Shown: positions 38,281-48,695, counted from the stretch's first letter. The stretch: DNA of 64,000 nucleotides from a virus (IMGVR_UViG_2882238243_000002:64001-128000), one strand, 5' to 3'. Notes: a model not told the origin generated them from the letters alone. Translations and numbers: made by a program.

Positions 38281-39051
38281 ATTACGGAAGTAAAAATAGA
38301 AAGTAACAATATTTATAACGAGGACTGTTTGGAATTGATGCGATATATTCCTGATAAATCAATAGATATGATTTGCACAGATCTTCCGTATGGTTAAGGA
38401 CAAAAATCTCGAAATAAGTGGGATACGGTTATACCATTTAAACCATTATGGGAGCAGTATGAGAGAATAATTAAAGATAATGGAGCAATTATCTTATTTG
38501 CAAACGGAATGTTTACTGCTGATTTAATGCAAAGCAACCGAAAATTATGGAAATATAATCTGATTTGGGAAAAGACTCAACCAACTGGATTTTACAATGC
38601 TAAAAAAATGCCACTAAGATCTCATGAAGATATTTGTGTATTTTATAAGAAACCACCTACATATAGTCCCCAAAAGACAATGGGACATGTTAGGAAGGTA
38701 AGTAAAGCGGAACATAAAGTAAATTGCAAGCAGTCTACTGATTATGGAGTTGCTGGTCTTACTACCTATGATAGTACAGAACGATATCCAAAATCTGTAT
38801 GGACTTTTGCAAAAGATATTCAGAAATCAGCATTGCATCCGACACAAAAGCCAGTGGCTTTAATTGAGGAGTTAATAAAAACCTATTCAAATGAAGATGA
38901 TACCGTTTTAGATTCTTGTGCCGGTAGCATGACAACGGCAATAGCTGCCATTAATACTAATAGAAATTACATATGTTTTGAAAAGGATAGAGAAATATTT
39001 GAGGTGGGAAGAAATAGAGTTGAGGAACATTTAAAAAGTATAGACCGATAA
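38281..39051 (+). pseudogene. N6/N4 DNA methyltransferase (beta class) with an in-frame TAA
   Basis: NEDCL..SIDMICTDLPYG*GQ..HPTQKP..VLDSCAGS; TAA at 38395-38397. Confidence 0.8.
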
Positions 39052-39325
39052 ATCTTTACATTCTTATGGTTTATTGATAGAGAGGAGAGAATTGAACGGG
39101 TTTTATGACAGAAATAGCGACTAGAAAAAGAAGATTGACTATTTGGGAGAGATTATCAATCAAACTTACATATAAAATACTTTATTCTAAAAGAGGAAAA
39201 AGAAGTAGATTGGTATTTTTAGGTGATGATAATCTGCCAGAGTTAACTTTTAGTAAATTATTGAAATGGAAATTGAAACGATAATCTAAATGAAAACGAT
39301 ATTTCAAGATAATAATAGAGACGGC

Positions 39326-39511
39326 TTATTCGCCGTCCCTGCATGAATCGTGTTTTGATATTTCTATGTTAAAGAATTTAGTTTTTATTTTTACATCGTG
39401 AATTTGGTCTTTTATACATATATGTAAAATAGCTCGAATGCCATATATAATCAAAATCACCAAAACCAAAGTAAAAACAACGCCCAAAAGAGCTTCCACA
39501 TGAAGCACCAC
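39326..39511 (-). CDS. small membrane protein with its own promoter
   Basis: hydrophobic N-terminus, basic C-terminus; minus-strand TTTACA-17-TATAAT (39681-39653). Confidence 0.6.
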   Translation of the reverse strand: MVLHVEALLGVVFTLVLVILIIYGIRAILHICIKDQIHDVKIKTKFFNIEISKHDSCRDGE

Positions 39512-39742
39512 CTTTCAGAAAAATGTGAGAGTGTTACTAGCTACAGTATATAAATAATAAGTTTTTTTGATTTTCTCTACGTTTTTAATATTTTTCTGTT
39601 TTGGTTTTATATTTGATTGTTGTTTAGTCTGTTTTAGGTTTTTTTGATTTATATTATACATGATTATATCAAGGTTGTAAAGAAAAACGATATTAATTTG
39701 GATATAAAAAATATCAAGTATGCAGTTTTAAGGAGTGAATAA

Positions 39743-40465
39743 ATGATAAAAAGAGAAGCTATTAATATAGAAGAAACAGTCAAAAAGATGTTTCCCAAAG
39801 AGCTTATCAAAGACTTACAAGATGATGAACGTATTTGTCCTACTTGTCATGGTTTGGGAATGCGAATAGAGAATAATGTTTATGGAATCCATGGTGATAC
39901 ATCTGAGGCCGGTAAAAGAGAGCGTTTCCCATATAAGCACCAAGCATTATCTTTTTGTCCGGATTGTTACAATGGCGTACAAAAGCTGTGTGAGTATTGT
40001 AAACAACCATTTAAGCAAAGGGGATATTACCATTGTAACTGTGAGGGATTTAAGAAAGATGAAGAAGAAAAGCGAATTGCAAAATATAATGATATGGTTT
40101 CCAAAGCGAAAGATGTTCAGGAAGCAGATGTAACAACAATGTTGTATTGTGAAGAGTTTGATAAATATTTTATCGATACAGATGACTTTTTTGAATATTG
40201 GGCTAGTGATTGTGATGATGAAGATATTATACCAGAAAGATTATGGGTGTGTTCTATTGCAGAAGTTGGTATTGATGCTGCTAATGTAATTGAAAACGCT
40301 TGCAGCGATTTACATGAGGATGCAAGTGAAAACTGTGATTATGGAAGTTTGCAGAAATTACTTGATATTTGGTGCAAAGAACAAAGTGGAACTACAACGT
40401 ATTATCCTTGTTACGATGAATATATAACGATTGATTGGATAGGTACTAATGATGAATACAATTAA
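39743..40465 (+). CDS. Zn-finger (CxxCxGxG) hypothetical protein
   Basis: CPTCHGLG, CPDC and CEYC. Confidence 0.75.
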   Translation: MIKREAINIEETVKKMFPKELIKDLQDDERICPTCHGLGMRIENNVYGIHGDTSEAGKRERFPYKHQALSFCPDCYNGVQKLCEYCKQPFKQRGYYHCNCEGFKKDEEEKRIAKYNDMVSKAKDVQEADVTTMLYCEEFDKYFIDTDDFFEYWASDCDDEDIIPERLWVCSIAEVGIDAANVIENACSDLHEDASENCDYGSLQKLLDIWCKEQSGTTTYYPCYDEYITIDWIGTNDEYN

Positions 40466-40865
40466 CGAATTTAGAGGTAAATATTATTTTTTAAGTAACT
40501 TTTATGAAGCACCTGTTGCGTATGAAGGGGTTACATATAGAAATAATGAAGCAGCATTTCAGGCACAAAAAACATTTTCTGACAGAGAGTGTTTTGGAAA
40601 CTTAGACCCTTCGTCTGCGAAAAAGTTAGGTAGACGTGTACAACTAAGAAGTGACTGGGAAAAGGTTAAATTTGATGAAATGTACAATATCGTAAAAGCA
40701 AAATTTAAACAAAATACTGAGCTGAAAGACAAACTGCTTAATACTGGTGATTTTCGTTTAGAAGAAGGTAATACGTGGGGAGATAGAATATGGGGAACTG
40801 TCAATGGTAAAGGGCAGAATAATTTGGGCAAAATTTTGATGCGAGTAAGAGACGAGTTGAAATGA
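40449..40865 (+). CDS. NADAR (YbiA-like) family protein
   Basis: FLSNFY, EAAFQAQK, AKKLGR, KFKQN, DRIWG and GQNNLGKILMRVR motifs. Confidence 0.92.
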   Translation: MMNTINEFRGKYYFLSNFYEAPVAYEGVTYRNNEAAFQAQKTFSDRECFGNLDPSSAKKLGRRVQLRSDWEKVKFDEMYNIVKAKFKQNTELKDKLLNTGDFRLEEGNTWGDRIWGTVNGKGQNNLGKILMRVRDELK

Positions 40866-40894
40866 AATGAAAGTCGAGTTTCATTAGAAAAGGG

Positions 40895-42058
40895 GTGGTG
40901 AGAATACAGTTACGAATGAATAAAAATGAGAGTATGTTAAAACAGATAATAGCAGGAATGTCTGTATCTTTGGGCGTTAGTATTGTTACGGGTATATTTC
41001 AGATTATGAAGAGTATGAAAATGTCAACCATTCAAGTTGGAGAATGGGATAATTCGTATAATAATGTAAATAAACAATTATATAAATTAGATCCTAAGAC
41101 CTACATTAAGCATAGGACTCCTACCACTAATCAGGATTTTTACGAGCTTAGTGAAAACATTTCTTATTTCATTAGGCTGAAAAATAATAATTATTTAAAA
41201 GTAGAAACATTCAGGGATAAAAATGATAAGACTTCGTATCCGGAGCATCGCCTAAAAATATCATTCTTTGGAAAAGAAAAATACAAGAACAGAGAAGAGT
41301 TTTTAAAGAATGCCTTGAAAATGACAGATGATAAACATATCAGGGTTCAGTATTTAAATGAGTTTGACATGAGCTGCGATGTTATTCCGCATACATTTGA
41401 TAATATTGTTCTCAACAACATCGTAAGAGACAGAATTGTAAAAGGATTGTCAAACTGGGAGAAAAGCAAAGAGTGGTATGAAAAACATCAACTTGTACAT
41501 AAAATCGGAGTATTTCTATATGGGAAGCCGGGGACGGGTAAGTCTACTATTGCAAAAGCTATTAGTTCGATGTTTAGTAACGCCCCTATATTGACTATCG
41601 ATCCAGATAATATTATGAATTCAGTTAATGGTATTCTTAGAACTAGAAAGAAATATAGTGGCACAATTATAGTTCTTGTTGAAGATTTTGATTTATTCTT
41701 CAAAAGTAGAGAAGAAATAGAGAATGTAGATTTAAACGTGCTACAAAAGAAACAAAAGGATACTAATCAAAATGCTATATTTCAATTATTAGACGGTGTA
41801 TATTCGACAGATAATACTATTTATATAGCTACAACTAATTACAAAGAAAGGATAGATTCTGCACTTATAAGATATGGTAGATTTGATATTCAAGAAGAAA
41901 TAGAATATTTTTGTTATAATGACGCATTAAATTTTGTTCAATTACTTGGATATAACAAGAGTGTTTTGGATAGTTTTGAGTTGGAATATCCTGTGCAGCC
42001 TTCATATTTGCAAAGTAAGGTTATGGAATATAGGGCAAGGAATCAAAAAGATAAATAA
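40895..42058 (+). CDS. BCS1-like AAA+ ATPase
   Basis: N-terminal TM; GKPGTGKS, VLVEDFD, LLDG, TTN and ALIRYGRFD motifs. Confidence 0.88.
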   Translation: MVRIQLRMNKNESMLKQIIAGMSVSLGVSIVTGIFQIMKSMKMSTIQVGEWDNSYNNVNKQLYKLDPKTYIKHRTPTTNQDFYELSENISYFIRLKNNNYLKVETFRDKNDKTSYPEHRLKISFFGKEKYKNREEFLKNALKMTDDKHIRVQYLNEFDMSCDVIPHTFDNIVLNNIVRDRIVKGLSNWEKSKEWYEKHQLVHKIGVFLYGKPGTGKSTIAKAISSMFSNAPILTIDPDNIMNSVNGILRTRKKYSGTIIVLVEDFDLFFKSREEIENVDLNVLQKKQKDTNQNAIFQLLDGVYSTDNTIYIATTNYKERIDSALIRYGRFDIQEEIEYFCYNDALNFVQLLGYNKSVLDSFELEYPVQPSYLQSKVMEYRARNQKDK

Positions 42059-42066
42059 GGGGATGT

Positions 42067-42303
42067 ATGGTATGGAAATACGAGAAATTTAAAGGTAATG
42101 GAGCTATATATGCTTTTTGTCCAAAGTGTAATTTTCATCATAATCCAAGTAATCTTGATTGTAAAACCATGATAGTAGAAATTACTTTTCAGTACAATTA
42201 TTGCCCCATGTGTGGAGAATATCTGCACGACAAAGAAACTGAGACAGATGTTGATGTTACATGGGATGAGAGAGAGATTGCTGTGTTATATGAAGAATAT
42301 TAA
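42067..42303 (+). CDS. zinc-ribbon protein
   Basis: CPKC..YCPMCG. Confidence 0.7.
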   Translation: MVWKYEKFKGNGAIYAFCPKCNFHHNPSNLDCKTMIVEITFQYNYCPMCGEYLHDKETETDVDVTWDEREIAVLYEEY

Positions 42304-42329
42304 TGATAGAAAAGGGTTGAAAATCAAAT

Positions 42330-42890
42330 ATGAACATATATGAAGAAATGATAGAAAAACTGCAAACAAAAGAGAAATTAAATTCCAATGATGAACAGAT
42401 ATTATCAAAACTTAAAAAAGAATCTAATATTGTAAAAGCAACAGAAAAATATGGTGTAGATTTTTTACATAGAAGATTTATTGGGATAAATTATACACAA
42501 GATGGGATTCCTTATGGCTTAGTGGATCTTTCACCTAGTAGTACATATATTGGAAAACACGAAGAAATTACAAACATAGGAATGTTTGAAACTCCAGAAA
42601 ACTTGTTATCAATTCGATTTTCAACAGGTGCTTATATTTTTGGGGAAGATTACCCTACTGCGTTTTTCAGAGAATTTTATAATGAATTTTTAGAAACAAT
42701 GCAGCCGAAATACAGAGATAATATAAATAACCGTACATTTTATGAATTAGATAGAATAAAAGAAGTTTTAGAAAAGTTCGATGTAATTATAAATAAGTAT
42801 GAAAATTTGAATCGAGAAAACAGAAAGCAAAGAGCCATTGAAGAAAAATTAAGGGAAATTGAGAAATTAAAAGCATCGTTGAACAGTTGA
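42330..42890 (+). CDS. hypothetical protein
   Basis: FSTGAYIFG motif; stop overlaps a repeat site. Confidence 0.75.
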   Translation: MNIYEEMIEKLQTKEKLNSNDEQILSKLKKESNIVKATEKYGVDFLHRRFIGINYTQDGIPYGLVDLSPSSTYIGKHEEITNIGMFETPENLLSIRFSTGAYIFGEDYPTAFFREFYNEFLETMQPKYRDNINNRTFYELDRIKEVLEKFDVIINKYENLNRENRKQRAIEEKLREIEKLKASLNS

Positions 42891-42928
42891 AATCTTGGTT
42901 TAATCTTGCATATGAAAGGTACTGAATT

Positions 42929-43153
42929 ATGGACAAAGTAAAAACATATAAAACGCCAAAAGAAATAGTTGAGGATTATTTTCCTAATAGGATTAATGAA
43001 GGTTGTAAGGGCGGGGTTATTGGGTGTCCATATGAACTAGTATATAACGAATTAATACACTTGACAGAACAAGAGTGCGTAAAATTCTGTAGCGAGTATG
43101 AATATGCAATACCGGCAGCTGCTTGTGACCAATGTTGGAAACAGAAATCATAA
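42929..43153 (+). CDS. small Cys-rich protein
   Basis: GCP..CDQCW; flanked by repeat sites. Confidence 0.65.
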   Translation: MDKVKTYKTPKEIVEDYFPNRINEGCKGGVIGCPYELVYNELIHLTEQECVKFCSEYEYAIPAAACDQCWKQKS

Positions 43154-43265
43154 GATAAATCCATCGTTTCATCGGAGAAATTAAGAGAATAAATATAAAA
43201 AATAGAAAGGGTAGTTTTAAGTTCCTATAGGGTAAAGGTGCACCTGCTTATGACGGTAAGCAAAC

Positions 43266-44435
43266 ATGGAACAAAAAGAAAGAGCATTAGCGCATATTGA
43301 GAAAATTGAGTGGATTAAACCAATTGAAGGAGCTGATAATATTGAGCTTATTGGTATTCTTGGTTGGATTTGTATCGCCAAGAAGGACGAATTTAAACAG
43401 GGAGACTTAGCGGTATACATTGAAATTGATAGTAAGTGTCCTGAAAGCGATGAACGTTTTGCATTTTTACAGTCAAAACATTATAAAGTAAAAACAATGA
43501 AGTTAGGGAAGTTTAAAGTCATTTCACAGGGATTAGCCTTACCGATTTCATTATTTCCAGAATTACATAATAAAACGATGGGTTCAGATGTTACAAATGA
43601 TTTGAAAATTACTTACGCTTCTGAGGATGATATTAAAAGAAAATCAAATAAAGTAGATCCGGAAGCCAAGTATAAAGCTATGGCAAACAGAAGACCAGAT
43701 TTATTCAAAAGACCGATAGTGAGAACAGCTATGAAATATAAAATTGGTCGAAGATTAATGTTCTTGCTGTTTGGAAAGAAGAAGGATAATCCAAAGGAAT
43801 TTCCAAAGTGGATTGTAAAGACTGATGAGACAAGAATTGAGAATGCACCATTCTATCTAAATAGTACATCCAAATTTATAAAGACAGAAAAACTTGATGG
43901 TACTAGCTGTACATTTGCAGTAGACAGATTAAAGAAGGGAAAGGATAAGTTTGATTTTATTGTTTGTAGTCGTAATGTGAGACAAGCTGACAGAGAGCAG
44001 TCTTGTTACCATGAGTTGAATATCTATTGGGAATTAGCAGATAAGTACAATATAAAGAAAATTCTTACGGGTTTTGCTTCAGAAAACGGTTACAACAAAG
44101 TCGTATTGCAGGGCGAAGGTGTTGGTTTTGTACAAGGCAATCCATATAAATTAAAAGAGAATAACCTATATGTGTTTAATCTAATTGTAGACGGTATACG
44201 TTTCGGAACAATGGAAATGGCTGAATTTTGTAAGCAGAATGACTTAAATCATATCCCTATCATTGACGAAGCTTATACACTTCCTAAGACAATGGAAGAA
44301 ATGAAAGTGGAAGCTGATGGATATAGTGAAATTAATACAAAAGTAAAGCGAGAAGGATTTGTATATAGAAGTATTGATGGTCAGCAAAGTTTCAAAAACG
44401 TAAGTCGCGAATATTTATTAAAGCACAACGGATAG
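43266..44435 (+). CDS. RNA ligase (DRB0094/Rnl2-like) with N-terminal OB-like domain
   Basis: PIEGADNIE, KTDE.R, TEKLDGTS, LQGE, REGFV and SFKNVS motifs. Confidence 0.88.
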   Translation: MEQKERALAHIEKIEWIKPIEGADNIELIGILGWICIAKKDEFKQGDLAVYIEIDSKCPESDERFAFLQSKHYKVKTMKLGKFKVISQGLALPISLFPELHNKTMGSDVTNDLKITYASEDDIKRKSNKVDPEAKYKAMANRRPDLFKRPIVRTAMKYKIGRRLMFLLFGKKKDNPKEFPKWIVKTDETRIENAPFYLNSTSKFIKTEKLDGTSCTFAVDRLKKGKDKFDFIVCSRNVRQADREQSCYHELNIYWELADKYNIKKILTGFASENGYNKVVLQGEGVGFVQGNPYKLKENNLYVFNLIVDGIRFGTMEMAEFCKQNDLNHIPIIDEAYTLPKTMEEMKVEADGYSEINTKVKREGFVYRSIDGQQSFKNVSREYLLKHNG

Positions 44436-44445
44436 GGGTGATTAA

Positions 44446-45246
44446 TTGTATAAAGAAGAAGTACAGAAACAAGTACGGTGTCATTATGATAAATTGATTA
44501 AATTAGGTTACAACGTAGTAGGTGTATTTCTATATGGTTCACAGAATTATGAATTGGATTATGAAAATTCAGATGTTGATACAAAGGCTATTGTATTACC
44601 AACTCTAAATGATATTGTTTTAAACCGGCAGCCAGTAAGTACAACAGTTGATATGGGAGATAATTGTCTCTGTGATGTAAAAGATATTCGTAAAATGTTT
44701 GAGTGTTTCAAAAAGCAAAATATTAATTTTATCGAATTGCTCTTTACACAATATTATGCATTAAATCCGATTTACAAGAGCCTATATCGACCTATGCTAG
44801 ATAATGCTGAGATAATCGCTAGGTACAACAATTATGCGAGTATAAATTGTATGTCAGGTATGGCATTAGAAAAATACAATGCGTTGACTCATCCGTATCC
44901 AAGTATTATGGATAAAATTGAAAAATACGGATGTGATCCAAAGCAATTGCATCACATTTTAAGACTAAAAGATTTTATCATTAGATACTGTGAGGAAGAA
45001 GAATATCGTACAATCTTAATCCCTAAGAACAAAGAAGAACTATTAGATATTAAAGCAAATTATCATTACGAGCTGGAATATTCTAAATCTTTGGCAAAGT
45101 CAACGTGTGATTGGATAAAAGAATACAAAGATGAGTATATGAAAGACAATCCTGTCAAAATAGATGAGCGAGCAGAAAATATTATGGCAAAGGTAATGAC
45201 AGATTTGATTACTTTCAGTATAAAACGAGAGGTGAATACAAATTAA
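44446..45246 (+). CDS. Pol-beta-superfamily nucleotidyltransferase
   Basis: LYGSQNY..SDVDTK and K.LHHILR. Confidence 0.8.
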   Translation: MYKEEVQKQVRCHYDKLIKLGYNVVGVFLYGSQNYELDYENSDVDTKAIVLPTLNDIVLNRQPVSTTVDMGDNCLCDVKDIRKMFECFKKQNINFIELLFTQYYALNPIYKSLYRPMLDNAEIIARYNNYASINCMSGMALEKYNALTHPYPSIMDKIEKYGCDPKQLHHILRLKDFIIRYCEEEEYRTILIPKNKEELLDIKANYHYELEYSKSLAKSTCDWIKEYKDEYMKDNPVKIDERAENIMAKVMTDLITFSIKREVNTN

Positions 45247-46135
45247 CAAACCTAAATTATTTTGTTTTGTAGGGTTGTCTGCATCTGGAAAGTCCACAAT
45301 AGCCAAGCAGATAGCGATTGTAAATGACTGTGCAATCATATCATCAGATGATATACGTGGTGAAATTTGTGATGGTGGTGTAATTGACCAGACTAAAAAT
45401 GATGAAGTGTTTAGACTTTTTCACAAGAAAGTCAAGGATAATTTGAAATCTGGTAAAAATGTTATTGCAGATGCTACGAATATTAACATGAGAGCAAGGC
45501 GGAGTTTACTTGAAAACGTAAAGAATGTTGATTGCCATAAGATTGCTTACATAGTTCCAAAGTCGGTAGAAAAGTGTATTGAAGATAATATTTATAAAGA
45601 ATATCCTGTACCACATCATGTTATTCAAAAACAGATGATGAATTTTCAGATACCGTTCTTAGAAGAAGGCTTTGATGAAATTCAGATACATAGATTTGAT
45701 AAGGATTATGAATTAGCACTTACTGATATTCAAGACAAGATGATTGGATTTGACCAAATGAATCCACATCATAATATGACATTGAGTAATCACTGTGCAC
45801 ACGCTGGTTTATTGTTTTCTGATATATATGGCAAAGATTTTAGAGATGCAGCATACATTCACGATATTGGAAAAATATATACTCAGAAGTTTGATGAGGA
45901 AGGTGTAGCTCATTATTACCAACATGAAAACGTAGGTAGTTATTATTTATTGAGTAATTATAACAATCTTAAAATTGAAAGTAATGAGATTTTAAACATG
46001 TGTTTTCTAATAAATTATCACATGATACCTATGTCATGGAGTAATGATAAGGCAAAACAGAAGTGGATGAAAAGATTTGGAGAATATAAATATAAGCTGC
46101 TTTTAGTTTTTAATGAGTGTGATAAAGCAAGATGA
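45242..46135 (+). CDS. polynucleotide kinase-like P-loop + HD domain protein
   Basis: VGLSASGKST, ISSD, DATN, H..YIHDIGK and HE motifs; ATT start needed to include the Walker A strand. Confidence 0.85.
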   Translation: MNKPKLFCFVGLSASGKSTIAKQIAIVNDCAIISSDDIRGEICDGGVIDQTKNDEVFRLFHKKVKDNLKSGKNVIADATNINMRARRSLLENVKNVDCHKIAYIVPKSVEKCIEDNIYKEYPVPHHVIQKQMMNFQIPFLEEGFDEIQIHRFDKDYELALTDIQDKMIGFDQMNPHHNMTLSNHCAHAGLLFSDIYGKDFRDAAYIHDIGKIYTQKFDEEGVAHYYQHENVGSYYLLSNYNNLKIESNEILNMCFLINYHMIPMSWSNDKAKQKWMKRFGEYKYKLLLVFNECDKAR

Positions 46136-46168
46136 AACAAATCTTTCGTATGGAAATGAGGTGAGATT

Positions 46169-46618
46169 ATCAAAATAAAAGAGAAGATAAAACAATGGTT
46201 ATTTAAAGATGAATTAACCGACATGAGTATTTTGCAAGAACATTATCTACATATCAAGAAAACTTTGGAGAATCTAGAAAATCAGATACAGCAAGCACGA
46301 AATATATACAAACGATCATCTAATGAGTGTAAGCGAGCAACAGAAGAATGTGAAAAGGCTTATGAAATAGTTTCAGATTGTCAAAAGATGATGAATGAAA
46401 TTTGTGATGTTGGTGTGGATGTGGACTTTCGTGATAATTATCATAGTTGGGCAGTAGTTTGCATTCATGGAAAAATGGATTTTATGAAATTCGTTCCTTT
46501 GAATCACTCTGATGTAAGAGAAGTGGCAAGATTTCTAAAACAATTTGAATATTCAAAAAGAGTAGTAGATAGTCCATTCTCCTATGGCATGATTGAAGAT
46601 TTGATAGCAAGGTTTTAG
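46169..46618 (+). CDS. hypothetical protein
   Basis: open frame from ATT/ATC after GAGGTG; ORF track starts at 46223. Confidence 0.7.
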   Translation: MKIKEKIKQWLFKDELTDMSILQEHYLHIKKTLENLENQIQQARNIYKRSSNECKRATEECEKAYEIVSDCQKMMNEICDVGVDVDFRDNYHSWAVVCIHGKMDFMKFVPLNHSDVREVARFLKQFEYSKRVVDSPFSYGMIEDLIARF

Positions 46619-46651
46619 CAGACGAAACGTGAATTTCAAGTTAGAAATGAG

Positions 46652-47011
46652 GTGATTTATATAAGTAATCAATATAAAGCAGAGTACATACTAAGTTGCC
46701 AATTATCAGGTAGTTTTAGAGTTGGTCAATATGTTCTTTTAGAATTAGGTGGTCTTGATGAAAGCGGAGAATATAAAAGTAACTATTGTGGTGAAATAAA
46801 AAGGATTACCCATGACTCAATCCTTGTCGTCTCAGATCAAAATGAAAATCGTGGAATTGGTGGGTATATACCAATTTCTGATATCAAAACCATAACACTA
46901 GTATATAGGATTGATGAGAAAACCTGTGGCGGATTTATCTATGATGATGATGTCTTTACTCCGAGTTTTGGTATCTATTGCAAAGATGATATAGAACAGA
47001 ACACATGGTAA
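46652..47011 (+). CDS. hypothetical protein
   Basis: ORF after a repeat site. Confidence 0.65.
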   Translation: MIYISNQYKAEYILSCQLSGSFRVGQYVLLELGGLDESGEYKSNYCGEIKRITHDSILVVSDQNENRGIGGYIPISDIKTITLVYRIDEKTCGGFIYDDDVFTPSFGIYCKDDIEQNTW

Positions 47012-47024
47012 AAGGAGAAATGAA

Positions 47025-47273
47025 ATGAGTTTAGCAGATGGAATAGCATGGGAACGAGAATTTGGAAATAGTATGTCAACAAAAGTGGAAACAAGTAATG
47101 GTAGAAATTGTAGAAATTGTAATAAGTCAAATGTATGTAAATATAAAGAGACAGTTGTCGAAGAAGTTGAGAAATTAATTGTAGAAGTTGCGAATTTAGA
47201 ATTACCTCTTTCTATTAATATTAATTGTCGAGAATTTTTAGGAAAAAACTCAACAGTTAGGGGAGTGCAATGA
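47025..47273 (+). CDS. hypothetical protein
   Basis: CRNC..VC; AAGGAG RBS. Confidence 0.65.
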   Translation: MSLADGIAWEREFGNSMSTKVETSNGRNCRNCNKSNVCKYKETVVEEVEKLIVEVANLELPLSININCREFLGKNSTVRGVQ

Positions 47274-48118
47274 GTAGATTAACAGAAAATATACATAGTT
47301 TTGATCATTATCAAAAAGAGTTTGCCACTTGGGAAGCTACGGAACAAAATATTGACGATAATAAAGCATTTTGGATGTTGCGAAAGCCCGGTAGTCAGTA
47401 CCAGAAAGTTTGTCTTTACAGAGACGGCTGCAATATGTTTATATATGGCGACTACGGTCAATTCACATTTGATAATATGACGTGGTTAGGTGACGTTTAC
47501 AATCTGGAATATGACAATATTGGATACCAGACGGAGAAGTTAAATTATGAGAGTAAACAATCGCTGAAAGTATTTGACGATGATTATTGTAAAGAGGATA
47601 TTATTAACTGGTTCGAAGAAAACGTTCAGGAAAGTTTTTATGATATTGCAGACACTGATGAAGAGCTGAATATCTTAATCAGTAAAGCTAAAGAAAACTT
47701 AGTCAATTATGGTTTTGATGTAGACGATTTTTGTGAGAAATATCATTGTGAGGATTTAAGAAGTCTATTAGATTTTACAGATGATCTTTTATCCAACACT
47801 GATGAATATGAATGGATTTCGTATCTTAGAAATAATACAGATAGATTACAAGAATTTGATGAACCATGCGAAAGTAGTCTATGGAATGCCGGTAAGAGGA
47901 TTAATCAGAGATACTTTGTTTGCATGTACGCATTACAGGTGTGTGGTGAAAAGTTGAAGGAACGAAAGGAGATAAAGATGCAAGACTGGGAAAGGATTAT
48001 GTCAGAATTAGATAAACTAACAAATGAAGTAGTAAATAGATATGAACGTAAAGCTGGGATTGTTATGTTAGAGGATATGAAAGATAGGATAAAAAAAGTG
48101 ATTAAAGACAACAAGTGA
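47270..48118 (+). CDS. hypothetical protein
   Basis: 282 aa with GDYG motif. Confidence 0.75.
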   Translation: MSRLTENIHSFDHYQKEFATWEATEQNIDDNKAFWMLRKPGSQYQKVCLYRDGCNMFIYGDYGQFTFDNMTWLGDVYNLEYDNIGYQTEKLNYESKQSLKVFDDDYCKEDIINWFEENVQESFYDIADTDEELNILISKAKENLVNYGFDVDDFCEKYHCEDLRSLLDFTDDLLSNTDEYEWISYLRNNTDRLQEFDEPCESSLWNAGKRINQRYFVCMYALQVCGEKLKERKEIKMQDWERIMSELDKLTNEVVNRYERKAGIVMLEDMKDRIKKVIKDNK

Positions 48119-48156
48119 TTTGGCTTGAAATGCGACATTCGTAAGGAGGGAAATAA

Positions 48157-48663
48157 TTGAAGAAAAGATTTTACTTTGAAGTAATGTATGGGGATGCGGA
48201 CGGATATGATGATTTTACACATATCACAGAAAATGAAGCAGAAATAAATTTTCTAACATTTTTCTTAAGTAAATACGATGAGGATTTGTTTCAATTTTAC
48301 AATAGACCTGACTTGTTAAAATACAACGAGACATATAACAACAACGAGGAACAACTAGTAGCAATTGTTAATGAAATGGCAATATTGGGTAATGAAGTAA
48401 TAAAACAAGACGATGATTGGGTGGGTTTTGGAATTATTGATAATGCAGTAAATAAATATAATGCTCATGGGTTACTAGAAGAAATTATATGCTTTGTTGG
48501 TAATTGGTTTGATTGGAACATGTATCATAGTGGAATGGATTGCTATGGTTGTCCTCAAAGTTATGCCATTGATGATATAACCGGATGTGAAGAGATTACT
48601 AGGGAAGGTGCTATTAAAATGTTTAAAGAAAAATTGGGTATAAACGTTGTATTTACAGATTAA
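48157..48663 (+). CDS. hypothetical protein
   Basis: AAGGAGG RBS; flanked by repeat sites. Confidence 0.7.
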   Translation: MKKRFYFEVMYGDADGYDDFTHITENEAEINFLTFFLSKYDEDLFQFYNRPDLLKYNETYNNNEEQLVAIVNEMAILGNEVIKQDDDWVGFGIIDNAVNKYNAHGLLEEIICFVGNWFDWNMYHSGMDCYGCPQSYAIDDITGCEEITREGAIKMFKEKLGINVVFTD

Positions 48664-48695
48664 ATGTTGATTTTAAATGATTATAAGGAGAGATT

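Noticed and set aside
8158-38397. Stop-codon recoding suggested by in-frame stops
   Set aside because: Internal stops are rare, mixed (TAA and TAG) and often accompanied by frameshifts; long genes are open in code 11 and all three stops are used normally.
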